Of a stretch of DNA of 64,000 nt, positions 38,688-47,719 are shown piece after piece. The first letter of the stretch is position 1; each line of letters starts with the position of its first letter. The notes beneath the pieces were generated by a model. The model searched no databases and was not told the origin of the DNA. It saw nothing but the letters and a program-made list of their open reading frames with translations. Source of the DNA: Dehalococcoidia bacterium (lineage in GTDB: Bacteria; Chloroflexota; Dehalococcoidia; Bin125); the NCBI GenBank assembly GCA_963662615.2, contig CAXXSR010000001.1, positions 800,001 through 864,000 on the forward strand, read 5' to 3'. A program made the position numbers and the translations under genes.

Positions 38688-39329
38688 TTGGTTTCAGCAA
38701 CGGTCGTTGACGAGGCGCTTGTTGAGTTGGCCCGTACTCGGCCGCTGTTTCACTCTGAGGCCGACTTCCAGCACGCACTCGCGTGGATGATCCGAGAGCG
38801 GTTGGCGGACTGGTCGGTTCGGTTGGAGTACCCAATCCCGTGGGATGGTCCCCGCGCCTACGCAGACATCTGGCTCCGTGGCCCAAGCGGATCTGTCGCG
38901 ATAGAGCTCAAATACTGGAAACGTTCCCTCATCGCGCAGATCGGCGATGAGCCGTATGCGCTTCGGAACCAGGCGGCACAGGATATAAGCCGGTACGACT
39001 TCGCGAGAGACTTACAACGCCTTGAGCGCATCGTGGCGAGTGGACTCACGCACGAGGGCCACATCATCGCGCTCACCAACGACCAGGGATATTGGCGAGT
39101 AGGCCGTCAGGGCACTGTAGATGCGGCCTTTCGGCTTCATGAAGGCCGTGAACTCCGCGGTGTCCTCTCATGGGCACCTAACACGGGCGCAGGGACGATG
39201 AAGGGGCGGGCCGGGCCAATTCAACTGAACCAGCGATACGAGGTCCGCTGGCGGCCATATTCGGTCGTCGGGGACGGGCGCGGCACCGAATTCCGATATC
39301 TGCTTTTGTCGGTGCCCCGCGGTGGATGA
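38688..39329 (+). CDS. Hypothetical protein with a PD-(D/E)xK nuclease-like signature
   Basis: FHSEADFQHALAW helix, RLEYP, ADIW (D), AIELKY (ExK), RYDFARDLQRLE; lower GC than flanks. Confidence 0.7.
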   Translation: MVSATVVDEALVELARTRPLFHSEADFQHALAWMIRERLADWSVRLEYPIPWDGPRAYADIWLRGPSGSVAIELKYWKRSLIAQIGDEPYALRNQAAQDISRYDFARDLQRLERIVASGLTHEGHIIALTNDQGYWRVGRQGTVDAAFRLHEGRELRGVLSWAPNTGAGTMKGRAGPIQLNQRYEVRWRPYSVVGDGRGTEFRYLLLSVPRGG

Positions 39330-39442
39330 TGCGGCGCGCGCCGTAGTCGGCCGCGCTTCTCAAAAGAGAGCTGTTCGAGCTACGCCCGCAGCTGTCCTGG
39401 CTGCCAAGAAGTGCCGTGGAGACGCTCTACGGCCGATCGTCT

Positions 39443-39697
39443 CTACTCACCGAAATCATCGATCTCCTCGTCGGTCGCCAGGTTCACGAGGTCCATCACC
39501 TCCGCGGCGCGCCGACGGCGGCGATCGAGGGGCGGGAGTTTGAAGTTTGCTGGTGGTGCCCCGTACGCCGCCATGTGCTTGCGGGCGTTTTCGTCGTGGA
39601 GCAGGAGTCCGATCCAATAGCAGATGCGCCTGACCTCATCCGCGGGCGCATCGGGAGTGAAGTTGACGTTGTAGGCCCAATGTTCGCGGTCGGCCAT
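39443..39697 (-). CDS. Small hypothetical protein
   Basis: 84 aa, GGAGG RBS before the ATG, protein-like composition. Confidence 0.55.
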   Translation of the reverse strand: MADREHWAYNVNFTPDAPADEVRRICYWIGLLLHDENARKHMAAYGAPPANFKLPPLDRRRRRAAEVMDLVNLATDEEIDDFGE

Positions 39698-39757
39698 CGG
39701 CGCATTCCTCCAGTGCGTTCATGGTTCTTAGCCCCGCCCTGAGTTCTGGCTCGCGCT

Positions 39758-39946
39758 TCATCCCTCCTCGTGATCTTGGTCTCGAAGCAGCCGCTCGGCT
39801 TCGGCGATGGCGGCTTCGGGGGTGAGGGGGGTTTGCGCTTCGGCCTCCGCCTGGGCGCGATCGTGGGCGTCAAAGCCTTCCATGAGCGGCACGGCCGCCT
39901 GCGGCGGCAGCAGATGCGCCGTTCCGCCAATGAGGATGAATCGCAC
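39758..39946 (-). CDS. Small hypothetical protein
   Basis: GTG start after an AAGGAG RBS; MRFILIGGTAHLLP...EAAIAEAERLLR. Confidence 0.5.
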   Translation of the reverse strand: MRFILIGGTAHLLPPQAAVPLMEGFDAHDRAQAEAEAQTPLTPEAAIAEAERLLRDQDHEEG

Positions 39947-39972
39947 GGGCCCGGCTCCTTTCCCAAGCCTGC

Positions 39973-41319
39973 TCAGTCCTGCGGCTGTTCCCAGTCCAGC
40001 ATGATCACGTCGCACTCCTGGCCGGCGTCGACCTGGTCGGCATCCTCGGGGCAGATGGCGAGGCCGTTGGCCAGCGCCAGCGACGTCAGAACCCCCGAGC
40101 CCTGGGGCCCGGTGAGGCGAGCGTGCCAGCGGCCGTCTTGGCCACGGGCGACGATGGCGCGGGCGTAGACGCGACGGCGGTCCGTGTTGACGATGGGTTC
40201 GTCGGCGATGGCGCGGATGGTGGGGCGGGCCTCGGGCTTGCGGCCCAGCATCTTGAAGATGGCCGGGCGCCCGAACAGCTCAAAGGCGAGTAAGGAAGAG
40301 ACGGGATTGCCGGGCAGCCCGATATGCGGGATTTTCTTGACCGGCGCTTTGGCGCGCCCGTCGCCGGTGCGCTCCGCGGGTGCGTCGAAATGGCCGAAGG
40401 CCAACGGCTTGCCCGGCTTCATGCGCACCGTCCAGAAGTTGATCGCCCCCTGGGACACCAGCACCTCCTTGACGACGTCGAAGTCGCCCCGCGACACGCC
40501 GGCGGAAGTGACGACGAGGTCGGCCCGGCGCGTCGCTTCGTGGATCTTCGCGGTCAGGGCCTCGACCGTGTCGGCGGCGATGCCGAGCCGCAGGGGGACA
40601 CCGCCGTACTCGCGCACCAGGGCGGCGAGGCCGGCGGCGTTGCTGTCGTAGATCTTGCCGGGCTGGAGCGGCTCGCCGGGGGAGAGCAGCTCGTCGCCGG
40701 TGGAGAGGATGGCGACGATGGGGCGTCGGATCACGGAGGCCCGATCGACGCCGAGGGAGGCGAGCACGGCGATCTCGGCGCCGCGCAGGAGCGTGCCCCG
40801 CGTGAGGATGGTGGCGCCGGCGCGCACATCCTCGCCGCGCCGACGGACGTTGGCGCCCGACTTCGCCGCCTTGAGGATGCCGACGCTGTCGATGGCGGCG
40901 TGCTGCTGCCCGGGCGCGCGGATGCCGTCGCGCAAGGTCTCGTCGGTCTCCTCAAAGGGGACGATGGCGTCGGCGCCGTCGGGGATGGGCGCGCCGGTCA
41001 TGATGCGCACGGCCTCGCCCGGCCCGACCTCGCCGTCGAAGAGGTAGCCCGCGGCCAGCTCGCCGCCGACGCGCAGGCGAACGGGGCGGTCCGAGCCGGC
41101 GCCGAGGGTGCTGGCGGCTTGGACGGCGTAGCCGTCCATGGCGGTGTTGTCGAGCGGGGGGATGTCGAAGGGGGCGATGACGTCGTCCGCCAGCACCTGA
41201 CCCAAGGCATCGTCGATGGGGCGGGTCTGGGGCGGGAGGACGTCGCAGAGGGCGAGGATGCGCTCCAGCGCCTCCTCGACCGGCAACATTGCGGGGAGTG
41301 GTTCGGTCCGTAGGGGCAC
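39973..41319 (-). CDS. moeA: Molybdopterin molybdotransferase MoeA
   Basis: PPLDNTAMDGYAV, RIMTGAPIP, STGDEL, SAGVSRGDFD, MKPGKP, LPGNPVS; start may be ATG 41289. Confidence 0.96.
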   Translation of the reverse strand: MPLRTEPLPAMLPVEEALERILALCDVLPPQTRPIDDALGQVLADDVIAPFDIPPLDNTAMDGYAVQAASTLGAGSDRPVRLRVGGELAAGYLFDGEVGPGEAVRIMTGAPIPDGADAIVPFEETDETLRDGIRAPGQQHAAIDSVGILKAAKSGANVRRRGEDVRAGATILTRGTLLRGAEIAVLASLGVDRASVIRRPIVAILSTGDELLSPGEPLQPGKIYDSNAAGLAALVREYGGVPLRLGIAADTVEALTAKIHEATRRADLVVTSAGVSRGDFDVVKEVLVSQGAINFWTVRMKPGKPLAFGHFDAPAERTGDGRAKAPVKKIPHIGLPGNPVSSLLAFELFGRPAIFKMLGRKPEARPTIRAIADEPIVNTDRRRVYARAIVARGQDGRWHARLTGPQGSGVLTSLALANGLAICPEDADQVDAGQECDVIMLDWEQPQD

Positions 41320-41386
41320 CGTCGCGGCGCGCTCTCCCGCCTTCGTCGAATCGTCGCTCAGCTCAGGGCCGCTCAGTTCAGGTCTC

Positions 41387-41638
41387 TCAGTTCAGGACAA
41401 GGCTGAGGCAGGTCGTGGTCCGATTCACGCCGGGGATGGTTTGGATCGCCTCGGTGATGCAGACGCCCAACTTGTTGAGATCGTCGGCCTCCAACTGCAC
41501 GATGACGTCGTAGGGGCCGGTGACGGTGTCGACCGAGGTGACGGTGGCGTCGTCGCTGGAGAGCTCGCGGAGACGATCGGTGACAGCTTTGGCGGTCCCG
41601 ACCTCCGTCTCCACGAGAACGTAGCTCTTCACTAGCAT
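41387..41638 (-). CDS. Stand-alone Lrp/AsnC ligand-binding domain protein
   Basis: SYVLVETEVG...VTGPYDVIV...IQTIPGVNRTTT. Confidence 0.88.
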   Translation of the reverse strand: MLVKSYVLVETEVGTAKAVTDRLRELSSDDATVTSVDTVTGPYDVIVQLEADDLNKLGVCITEAIQTIPGVNRTTTCLSLVLN

Positions 41639-41785
41639 GCGGACGGACCTCCTCCACATTGCGGCGCGCCCGGCGGGCCGTGTGTGCGGCGCAGTGTATC
41701 AGCCGTCGCCATCGCCCCGCAGCGCGCGCGTATCGAGGTGGGGCCATCATCGCGGGGGGCCCGTGAGGCCAGGGCGGGGCCGAGA

Positions 41786-41815
41786 TTGACCCCGGCTTGG
41801 ACCCGTTTGTACGGT
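41786..41815 (+). promoter_or_regulatory. sigma-70 promoter of pheST, near-leaderless
   Basis: TTGACC-N18-TACGGT, ATG 8 nt downstream. Confidence 0.55.
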
Positions 41816-41823
41816 GACGGACG

Positions 41824-42837
41824 ATGGCACTTCAAGAGTTGGACGAGCTTCGCGAGGAGGCGCTGCGAGGGCTCGCGTCCGCGGCCGACGCCGCCGCGGC
41901 GGAGCAGTGGCGGCTGGCCTTCTTGGGCCGCAGCGGCAAGCTGACAATGGAGTTGCGGGCGCTCAGGGATCTGCCGCTGGAGGAGCGGCGCAGCGTGGGG
42001 GCGGCGGCGAACGCGCTCAAGCGGGAGCTGGAAGGGGCGCTGGAGGAGCGACAGGCGGTGCTGCAGGCAGTGCTGCGTCGTGGGGAAGCGGGGGTGGCAG
42101 CGGAGGCTGTGGACGTGACGCTGCCGGCGCGGGCGCTGCCCCGCGGCCACCTGCACCCGATGACGTTGATGCGTCGGAGCGTGGAGCGGATCTTTGGCGC
42201 CATGGGCTTCGCCGTCGTGGAGGGGCCGGAAGTGGAGTGGGAGCACTACAACTTCGAGCGGCTGCGGATTCCCAAGGACCACCCCGCCCGCGACATGTGG
42301 GACACGCTCTGGATCGACTACGAACGTGAGGGCGAGCGGCCTCTGCTACTGCGCACGCATACGTCGCCCATGCAGATCCGCTTCATGGAGACGCACGCGC
42401 CGCCGATCCGCGTGATCGTCCCCGGCACGTGCTATCGCTACGAGGCCACGGACGCCACGCACGAGTGGATGCTCACGCAGGTGGAGGGGCTGGTGATCGA
42501 CGAGGGGATCACGTTCGGGCATCTGAAGGGCACGCTGGAGTCGTTCGTGCACCGGCTTTTCGGGCCGAACGTGGAGACGCGCTTTCGCTGCGACTACTTC
42601 CCCTTCGTGGAGCCGGGGGCGGAGTTGGCGATCCGCTGGCGCGACGGGCGTTGGTTGGAGATGCTGGGCGCGGGGATGGTTCATCCGGAGATCATTGAGG
42701 CGGCGGGCTTCGATCCGGATCGGTACACCGGCTTCGCCTTCGGCATGGGGATCGAGCGCTTCGCCATGCTGCGCTACGGCATCGAGGATATCCGCGACTT
42801 CTATCAGAACGACCTGCGCTTTCTGGAGCAGTTCTAG
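41824..42837 (+). CDS. pheS: Phenylalanine-tRNA ligase alpha subunit
   Basis: HPARDMWDT, LLRTHTSPMQIR, YFPFVEPG, GFAFGMGIER. Confidence 0.98.
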   Translation: MALQELDELREEALRGLASAADAAAAEQWRLAFLGRSGKLTMELRALRDLPLEERRSVGAAANALKRELEGALEERQAVLQAVLRRGEAGVAAEAVDVTLPARALPRGHLHPMTLMRRSVERIFGAMGFAVVEGPEVEWEHYNFERLRIPKDHPARDMWDTLWIDYEREGERPLLLRTHTSPMQIRFMETHAPPIRVIVPGTCYRYEATDATHEWMLTQVEGLVIDEGITFGHLKGTLESFVHRLFGPNVETRFRCDYFPFVEPGAELAIRWRDGRWLEMLGAGMVHPEIIEAAGFDPDRYTGFAFGMGIERFAMLRYGIEDIRDFYQNDLRFLEQF

Positions 42838-42888
42838 GGTGCGCCCGTCGCACCGTTTCCGAGTGGCCGAGGCGGAGAAAGTGAAGCC

Positions 42889-45357
42889 GTGAAGATCCCG
42901 CTGCTCTGGCTCAGTGACTACGTTGAGCTGTCGCTGTCGCCCGACGAGATGGCGCATCGCCTGTCGATGGCGGGCGCGGAGGTCGAGACGGTGGAGGGTG
43001 GGGCGGACTGGGACGGGGTCTCGGTGGGACTGGTCACGGCGGTGGAGCCGCACCCCAACGCCGACCGGCTGCGCCTGGCGACGGTGGACGTTGGCGAGGG
43101 CGAGCCGCAGACGGTCGTGTGCGGAGCGCCGAACGTGGCCGTGGGCCAGAAGATCGCCTTCGCGCGGGAGGGGGCGCGGCTGATCGATCCGCGCAGCGGA
43201 GAACGCAAGAAGCTGCGCCGATCGAAGATCCGCGGCGTGGTCTCGGCGGGCATGGTCTGCTCCGAGCGCGAGCTGGGCCTCTCCGACGAGCACACCGGCA
43301 TCCTGGTGCTGGAGCCGGACGTGCCGCTGGGTGTGCCGCTGGAGCAAGCGCTGGCGCGGGCCGTGCTGGCGCGGACGGTGCTGGAGATCAGCGCCACCCC
43401 CAACCGGCCCGATCATCTGTCGGTGCTGGGGATCGCGCGGGAGGTGGCGGCGCTGACGGGACAGACGGTGCAGGAGCCGGATCGGAGCTTCGCGGGGGAC
43501 GGGCCGCCGGTGGAGGAGCGGACGTCGGTGGTAATCGAGGATCCGGACCTGTGCGCGCGCTACATCGCTACGGTGATCACCGGCGTGAAGGTCGGTCCGT
43601 CGCCGTCGTGGATGCAGGAGGCGCTGCTGTCGGCGGGCCAGCGACCGATCAACAACGTGGTGGACGTGACCAACTACGTGATGCTGGAGCTGGGCCAACC
43701 GCTGCACGCCTTCGACTTCGAGAGGCTGCGTGGCGGCCGCATTGTGGTGCGACGGGCGCGGGCCGGCGAACGGCTGCGCCTGATCGACGGGAGCGAGCAG
43801 GCTTTGGCGCCGGACAGCCTGGTCATCGCCGACGCCGAGGAGGCCGTCGCGGTGGCGGGGGTGATGGGCGGCGCCGGTTCGGAGGTGTCGGAGGCGACGA
43901 CCACAATCCTGCTGGAGGTCGCCAGCTTCGACAGCGCCAGCATCCGTCGCACGGCGGCGGCGCTGAAGCAGCGCACGGAGGCGAGCACGCGTTTTGAGAA
44001 GGGGCTGAACCCGGAGCTGGCGGCGGTGGCGTCGGAGCGGGCGATGCGGCTGCTGTTGGAGACGGCCGGGGGCCGCGCCGACGCGGGACGGGTGGACAGC
44101 TACCCGGGCGAGCAGCCAGCGGCGACGGTGCGCTTGGCCCGTCGGCGCGTGGAGCAGGTGCTGGGCCTGGACGTGCCGGCCGAGCGGGTGCGCTCCATCC
44201 TGGCGGCGTTGGGCTTCGACGTGCGCGCGAGCGGGGCCGACGGGTTCGAGGTGGTCGCGCCCTACTGGCGCACCGATATCCACATCGCCGATGACTTGGT
44301 GGAGGAGGTCGCGCGGATCCTGGGCTACGACGCCCTACCCAGCGCGCCCCTGCGTGGCTCCATTCCCGATCCCGACCCGCAGCCCCTGCTGGAGACGCGG
44401 GAGAGCGCCCGCGACGCGCTGAAGGGCGCCGGCTTGATTGAGGTGATCAACTACGTGACGACCAGCGAGGCGATCATCGCGCGGGTGCAGCCGCCGGAGT
44501 CGATCACGCAGGCGCCGCCGCTGCGGCTGTTCAATCCGCTGAACATGGAGCGCGACCAGCTGCGAACGACGCTGCGCCCGGGGCTGCTGGAGAGTTACGC
44601 GGCGGCGGTCCGCCGTCGGCGTGACGCCGGCGGCGGCGCGCTGGGGCTGTTCGAGGTCGGCAAGGTGTTCTGGTCGCGGGCGGACGACCTGCCCGACGAG
44701 CGCTGGCTCGTTGCCGCGCTCTGCGGCGGAGCCGTCGCGCCGTTCTTGCTCGAAGGCGGCTCCGGTGAGGGCGGGCGCGGAGTGGACTTCTTCGACGCCA
44801 AGGCGGTCGCGGAGGCGGTGGCGTCGTCGCTGGGGGTCGCGTTCCGCTACGAGGCGCCGGCGGCGGGGGAGGGGGACCCTGCGTTGGAAGCGGGCGAGAG
44901 CGCCCGCATTGGGGTGGGCGGTCCTTCCGGAGGAAAGATGGTCGGTGTCCTGGGACGTGTTCAGGCGGCGGTGCGCGAGCGCTTCGACATTGAAGACGAG
45001 GTGTACCTGTTGGAGTTGGACGTGTCGGCGCTGGCGGCGCTGCCACGGGCGTCGATCAACGTGGGGCGGGTGAGCCGCTTCCCGGCGGTGAGCGAGGATT
45101 TGGCCGTGGTGGTGGAGGCGTCGACGCCGGCGGGGGCGGTCGAGGCGGTGCTGTTGCGGCAGGAGCTGGTGGAGCGGGCGGAGCTGTTCGACGTGTACGT
45201 GGGGCCGCAGATCCCGTCGGGGAAGAGGTCGCTGGCGTACGCGCTGACGTACCGGGCGCCGGACCGGACGTTGACGGACGCGGAGGTGGCGGCGGTGCGG
45301 GCGTCGATGGTGGGGGAGTTGGGGCGGGAGCTGGGGGGGGTGGTGCGGGAGGGGTAG
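42889..45357 (+). CDS. pheT: Phenylalanine-tRNA ligase beta subunit
   Basis: HPNADRL, VCGAPNV, TPNRPDHLS, INNVVDVTNYVMLE, DLVEEVAR, FDX-ACB C-terminus. Confidence 0.98.
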   Translation: MKIPLLWLSDYVELSLSPDEMAHRLSMAGAEVETVEGGADWDGVSVGLVTAVEPHPNADRLRLATVDVGEGEPQTVVCGAPNVAVGQKIAFAREGARLIDPRSGERKKLRRSKIRGVVSAGMVCSERELGLSDEHTGILVLEPDVPLGVPLEQALARAVLARTVLEISATPNRPDHLSVLGIAREVAALTGQTVQEPDRSFAGDGPPVEERTSVVIEDPDLCARYIATVITGVKVGPSPSWMQEALLSAGQRPINNVVDVTNYVMLELGQPLHAFDFERLRGGRIVVRRARAGERLRLIDGSEQALAPDSLVIADAEEAVAVAGVMGGAGSEVSEATTTILLEVASFDSASIRRTAAALKQRTEASTRFEKGLNPELAAVASERAMRLLLETAGGRADAGRVDSYPGEQPAATVRLARRRVEQVLGLDVPAERVRSILAALGFDVRASGADGFEVVAPYWRTDIHIADDLVEEVARILGYDALPSAPLRGSIPDPDPQPLLETRESARDALKGAGLIEVINYVTTSEAIIARVQPPESITQAPPLRLFNPLNMERDQLRTTLRPGLLESYAAAVRRRRDAGGGALGLFEVGKVFWSRADDLPDERWLVAALCGGAVAPFLLEGGSGEGGRGVDFFDAKAVAEAVASSLGVAFRYEAPAAGEGDPALEAGESARIGVGGPSGGKMVGVLGRVQAAVRERFDIEDEVYLLELDVSALAALPRASINVGRVSRFPAVSEDLAVVVEASTPAGAVEAVLLRQELVERAELFDVYVGPQIPSGKRSLAYALTYRAPDRTLTDAEVAAVRASMVGELGRELGGVVREG

Positions 45358-45686
45358 GGGGATGATGCTCACGGCGGCAAGCACGACCAGTGGCCGTGAT
45401 ACTGGCGCCGGAGAATGGCCGTTATCTCAATGCGTCATTCTCGACCGACCAGATCTGACTTGTTTCGTAGATGGGCGACTTGAGGGTCCCGTTGACTCAC
45501 GCGCAGGTGGCGGGCAGCGACGCAAAGCATCTAGGCTTGAGTACAATCGCCGCCACCTGAGATGGCGGCAAAGGCGAAGGTGCATCTGTGGACGCAAGCG
45601 TGGGGCCCGAGCGGACCGCGGCGGCTTCCGGGGTCACGGGTAGGCAGAAGCAGAACGCCTGTCCGTTGGACGACAGGGACACAACG

Positions 45687-46886
45687 ATGGGAGCGCCGAA
45701 CCTCGCGGACAAGGTAAATGCAGCCGGGCGCCGATCCTCTGAAGTCAGAGACGTCCGGCAGATGGCGCTTTGGAGCGAGCACCCATTAGGAGAGAATCCA
45801 GGCTACTTCTCCAAGCAGCTGATCACGTATATCGGGAACAAGCGAGCTCTACTGGGTCACATCGGCAATGCCGTTGATCGAGTGAAACAGCGGCTAGGCA
45901 AGAACCGCCTTCGGATCCTCGATGTGTTTTCAGGATCAGGCGTAGTGTCGCGGTATTTGAAAGCGCATGCGACGTCTTTGATCAGCAACGATTTCGAGGA
46001 CTACGCGGCGGTGATTGGCCGGTGTTATCTTTGCAACGCGAGCACCGTAGATCTAAATGGCATCAACGAGATCGTCGATGACCTAAACGTCCGTGTTGAA
46101 ACTGAGGAACTGCCGCCCGGATTCATCGAAGAACTGTATGCACCGCGCGATGAATCGAACATTACGACCGAAGATCGCGTCTTCTATACGCGCGAGAACG
46201 CTCGCCGGCTAGACAACTACCGGAGGCTCTTCGATTCCGTTCCTGACGGCGTGGGCGACATGCTGCTGGGTCCTTTGCTGAGCAAGGCCTCGATCCACGC
46301 CAACACGGCAGGTGTCTTCAAGGGGTTCTACAAGGATCGGCGGACCAAAGTCGGCCGGTTTGGTGGAAGCAATGGAGACGCGCTCACCCGGATAAGAGGC
46401 AAGATCATTCTGGAACCTCCGATTCTAAGCAGGTTCGAATGCGAGGTTGAGGTTCTTCAAGAGGATGCGAGCAGTGTCGCGCAGCACATACGAGACGTTG
46501 ATCTCGCTTACGTTGATCCTCCCTACAATCAACACCCGTATGGGTCCAACTACTTCATGCTCAACCTACTCGTTCACTACGATCGGCCGCAGCGCATCAG
46601 CGGGGTCTCCGGCATTCCCATCGATTGGCGGCGATCTGGATACAACGTGCAAGCACGATCTTTGTCCCTCCTGCGCGATCTTTTACATGGGCTCGACTCT
46701 CGGTTCCTCCTGGTCTCTTTTAACAATGAGGGCTTCATTAGGCCGAGAGAGATGCGCGCTCTCCTTGCCGAGATTGGTTCAGTTGAGCTAATCGAGACGC
46801 GCTACAACACGTTCCGCGGTAGCAGGAATCTGAGGAATCGCAATATTCACGTCACCGAGCAACTCTTCTTGGTGGAGCGAAGCTAG
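45687..46886 (+). CDS. N6-adenine DNA methyltransferase (D12/alpha class, CtsM/M.ApoI-like)
   Basis: QLITYIGNKRALL, DVFSGSGVVSR (motif I), YVDPPYNQHPY (motif IV); resembles, from memory, the Campylobacter RAATTY MTase CtsM; start may be 45762. Confidence 0.88.
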   Translation: MGAPNLADKVNAAGRRSSEVRDVRQMALWSEHPLGENPGYFSKQLITYIGNKRALLGHIGNAVDRVKQRLGKNRLRILDVFSGSGVVSRYLKAHATSLISNDFEDYAAVIGRCYLCNASTVDLNGINEIVDDLNVRVETEELPPGFIEELYAPRDESNITTEDRVFYTRENARRLDNYRRLFDSVPDGVGDMLLGPLLSKASIHANTAGVFKGFYKDRRTKVGRFGGSNGDALTRIRGKIILEPPILSRFECEVEVLQEDASSVAQHIRDVDLAYVDPPYNQHPYGSNYFMLNLLVHYDRPQRISGVSGIPIDWRRSGYNVQARSLSLLRDLLHGLDSRFLLVSFNNEGFIRPREMRALLAEIGSVELIETRYNTFRGSRNLRNRNIHVTEQLFLVERS

Positions 46887-46916
46887 ACCGAACTCACGTC
46901 GATCGAGAGAGAGCCG

Positions 46917-47648
46917 ATGGCACGGAAGCAGCAGTTGTGCGAGCAGCGAGCTGGGACGGTCATAAACTTCAGATCAAAAACGCAGGAGGCTCGCCTCGGC
47001 AAGCCTTTGAGCGCTGTCACCGAGCGGCTCGGTCGCGAATTCGGCGTAACGCTCCACCACGAGCATGAATGGAAGCTCGCGGATATTGTGCCGCGTCTGC
47101 GCAACTTTTTTCCAGACGTTCAGTTCCATCACTACTCCGATAAGTCGTCTATGCGGCCCGACGGCGGCATTCTTTCCATTCGGGACAAGGATGGCAATCT
47201 GTTCCCGGTCCTGATAGTCGAGGTAAAGAACCAAGGCACCAATGATTTGAGGAAAGCTGAAGGCAAGCCGCCGCAGGCCAAAGGGAATGCGATCGAACGT
47301 TTAGGGAAGAACGTCATAGGGTTCCGGACCGCGATGCTCAGCGAGGGCATTACTCCTTTCGTTTGTTTTGGTGATGGCTGCGACTTCGCCGACTCCAGCA
47401 CCATTCTGGATAGGGTTGTGACCATTGCGATGTTCGGACCTCTTAACCATGTTCAAGTTGTTAACGAGGGCGAACATGGGCGATTCAATCGAGGGAGCTT
47501 CTTCTTCCGCGAGGCTGCTTGGACTTCTGAGGAGATGGAGGAGGTCATATACGAAGTCGCGGAGCGGAGCGTGAGCTACTACTTCGCGAAATACGGAAGG
47601 CGGCGCTTTATTCCCGATGGAACGGCGGTGAGTGAGCGGGGCAGCTAG
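46917..47648 (+). CDS. EcoRI-fold type II restriction endonuclease
   Basis: SSMRPDGGI...VEVKNQG...GNAIERLGKN matches EcoRI PDGG / EAK / GNAIER motifs; adjacent to the MTase; lower GC. Confidence 0.88.
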   Translation: MARKQQLCEQRAGTVINFRSKTQEARLGKPLSAVTERLGREFGVTLHHEHEWKLADIVPRLRNFFPDVQFHHYSDKSSMRPDGGILSIRDKDGNLFPVLIVEVKNQGTNDLRKAEGKPPQAKGNAIERLGKNVIGFRTAMLSEGITPFVCFGDGCDFADSSTILDRVVTIAMFGPLNHVQVVNEGEHGRFNRGSFFFREAAWTSEEMEEVIYEVAERSVSYYFAKYGRRRFIPDGTAVSERGS

Positions 47649-47719
47649 GAGGCTCCAACATTCGTACGCAGCTGAGGGTAGTTGGCCTCAGGGGCGTTGC
47701 TGTTCGCATAGGTCAGATC

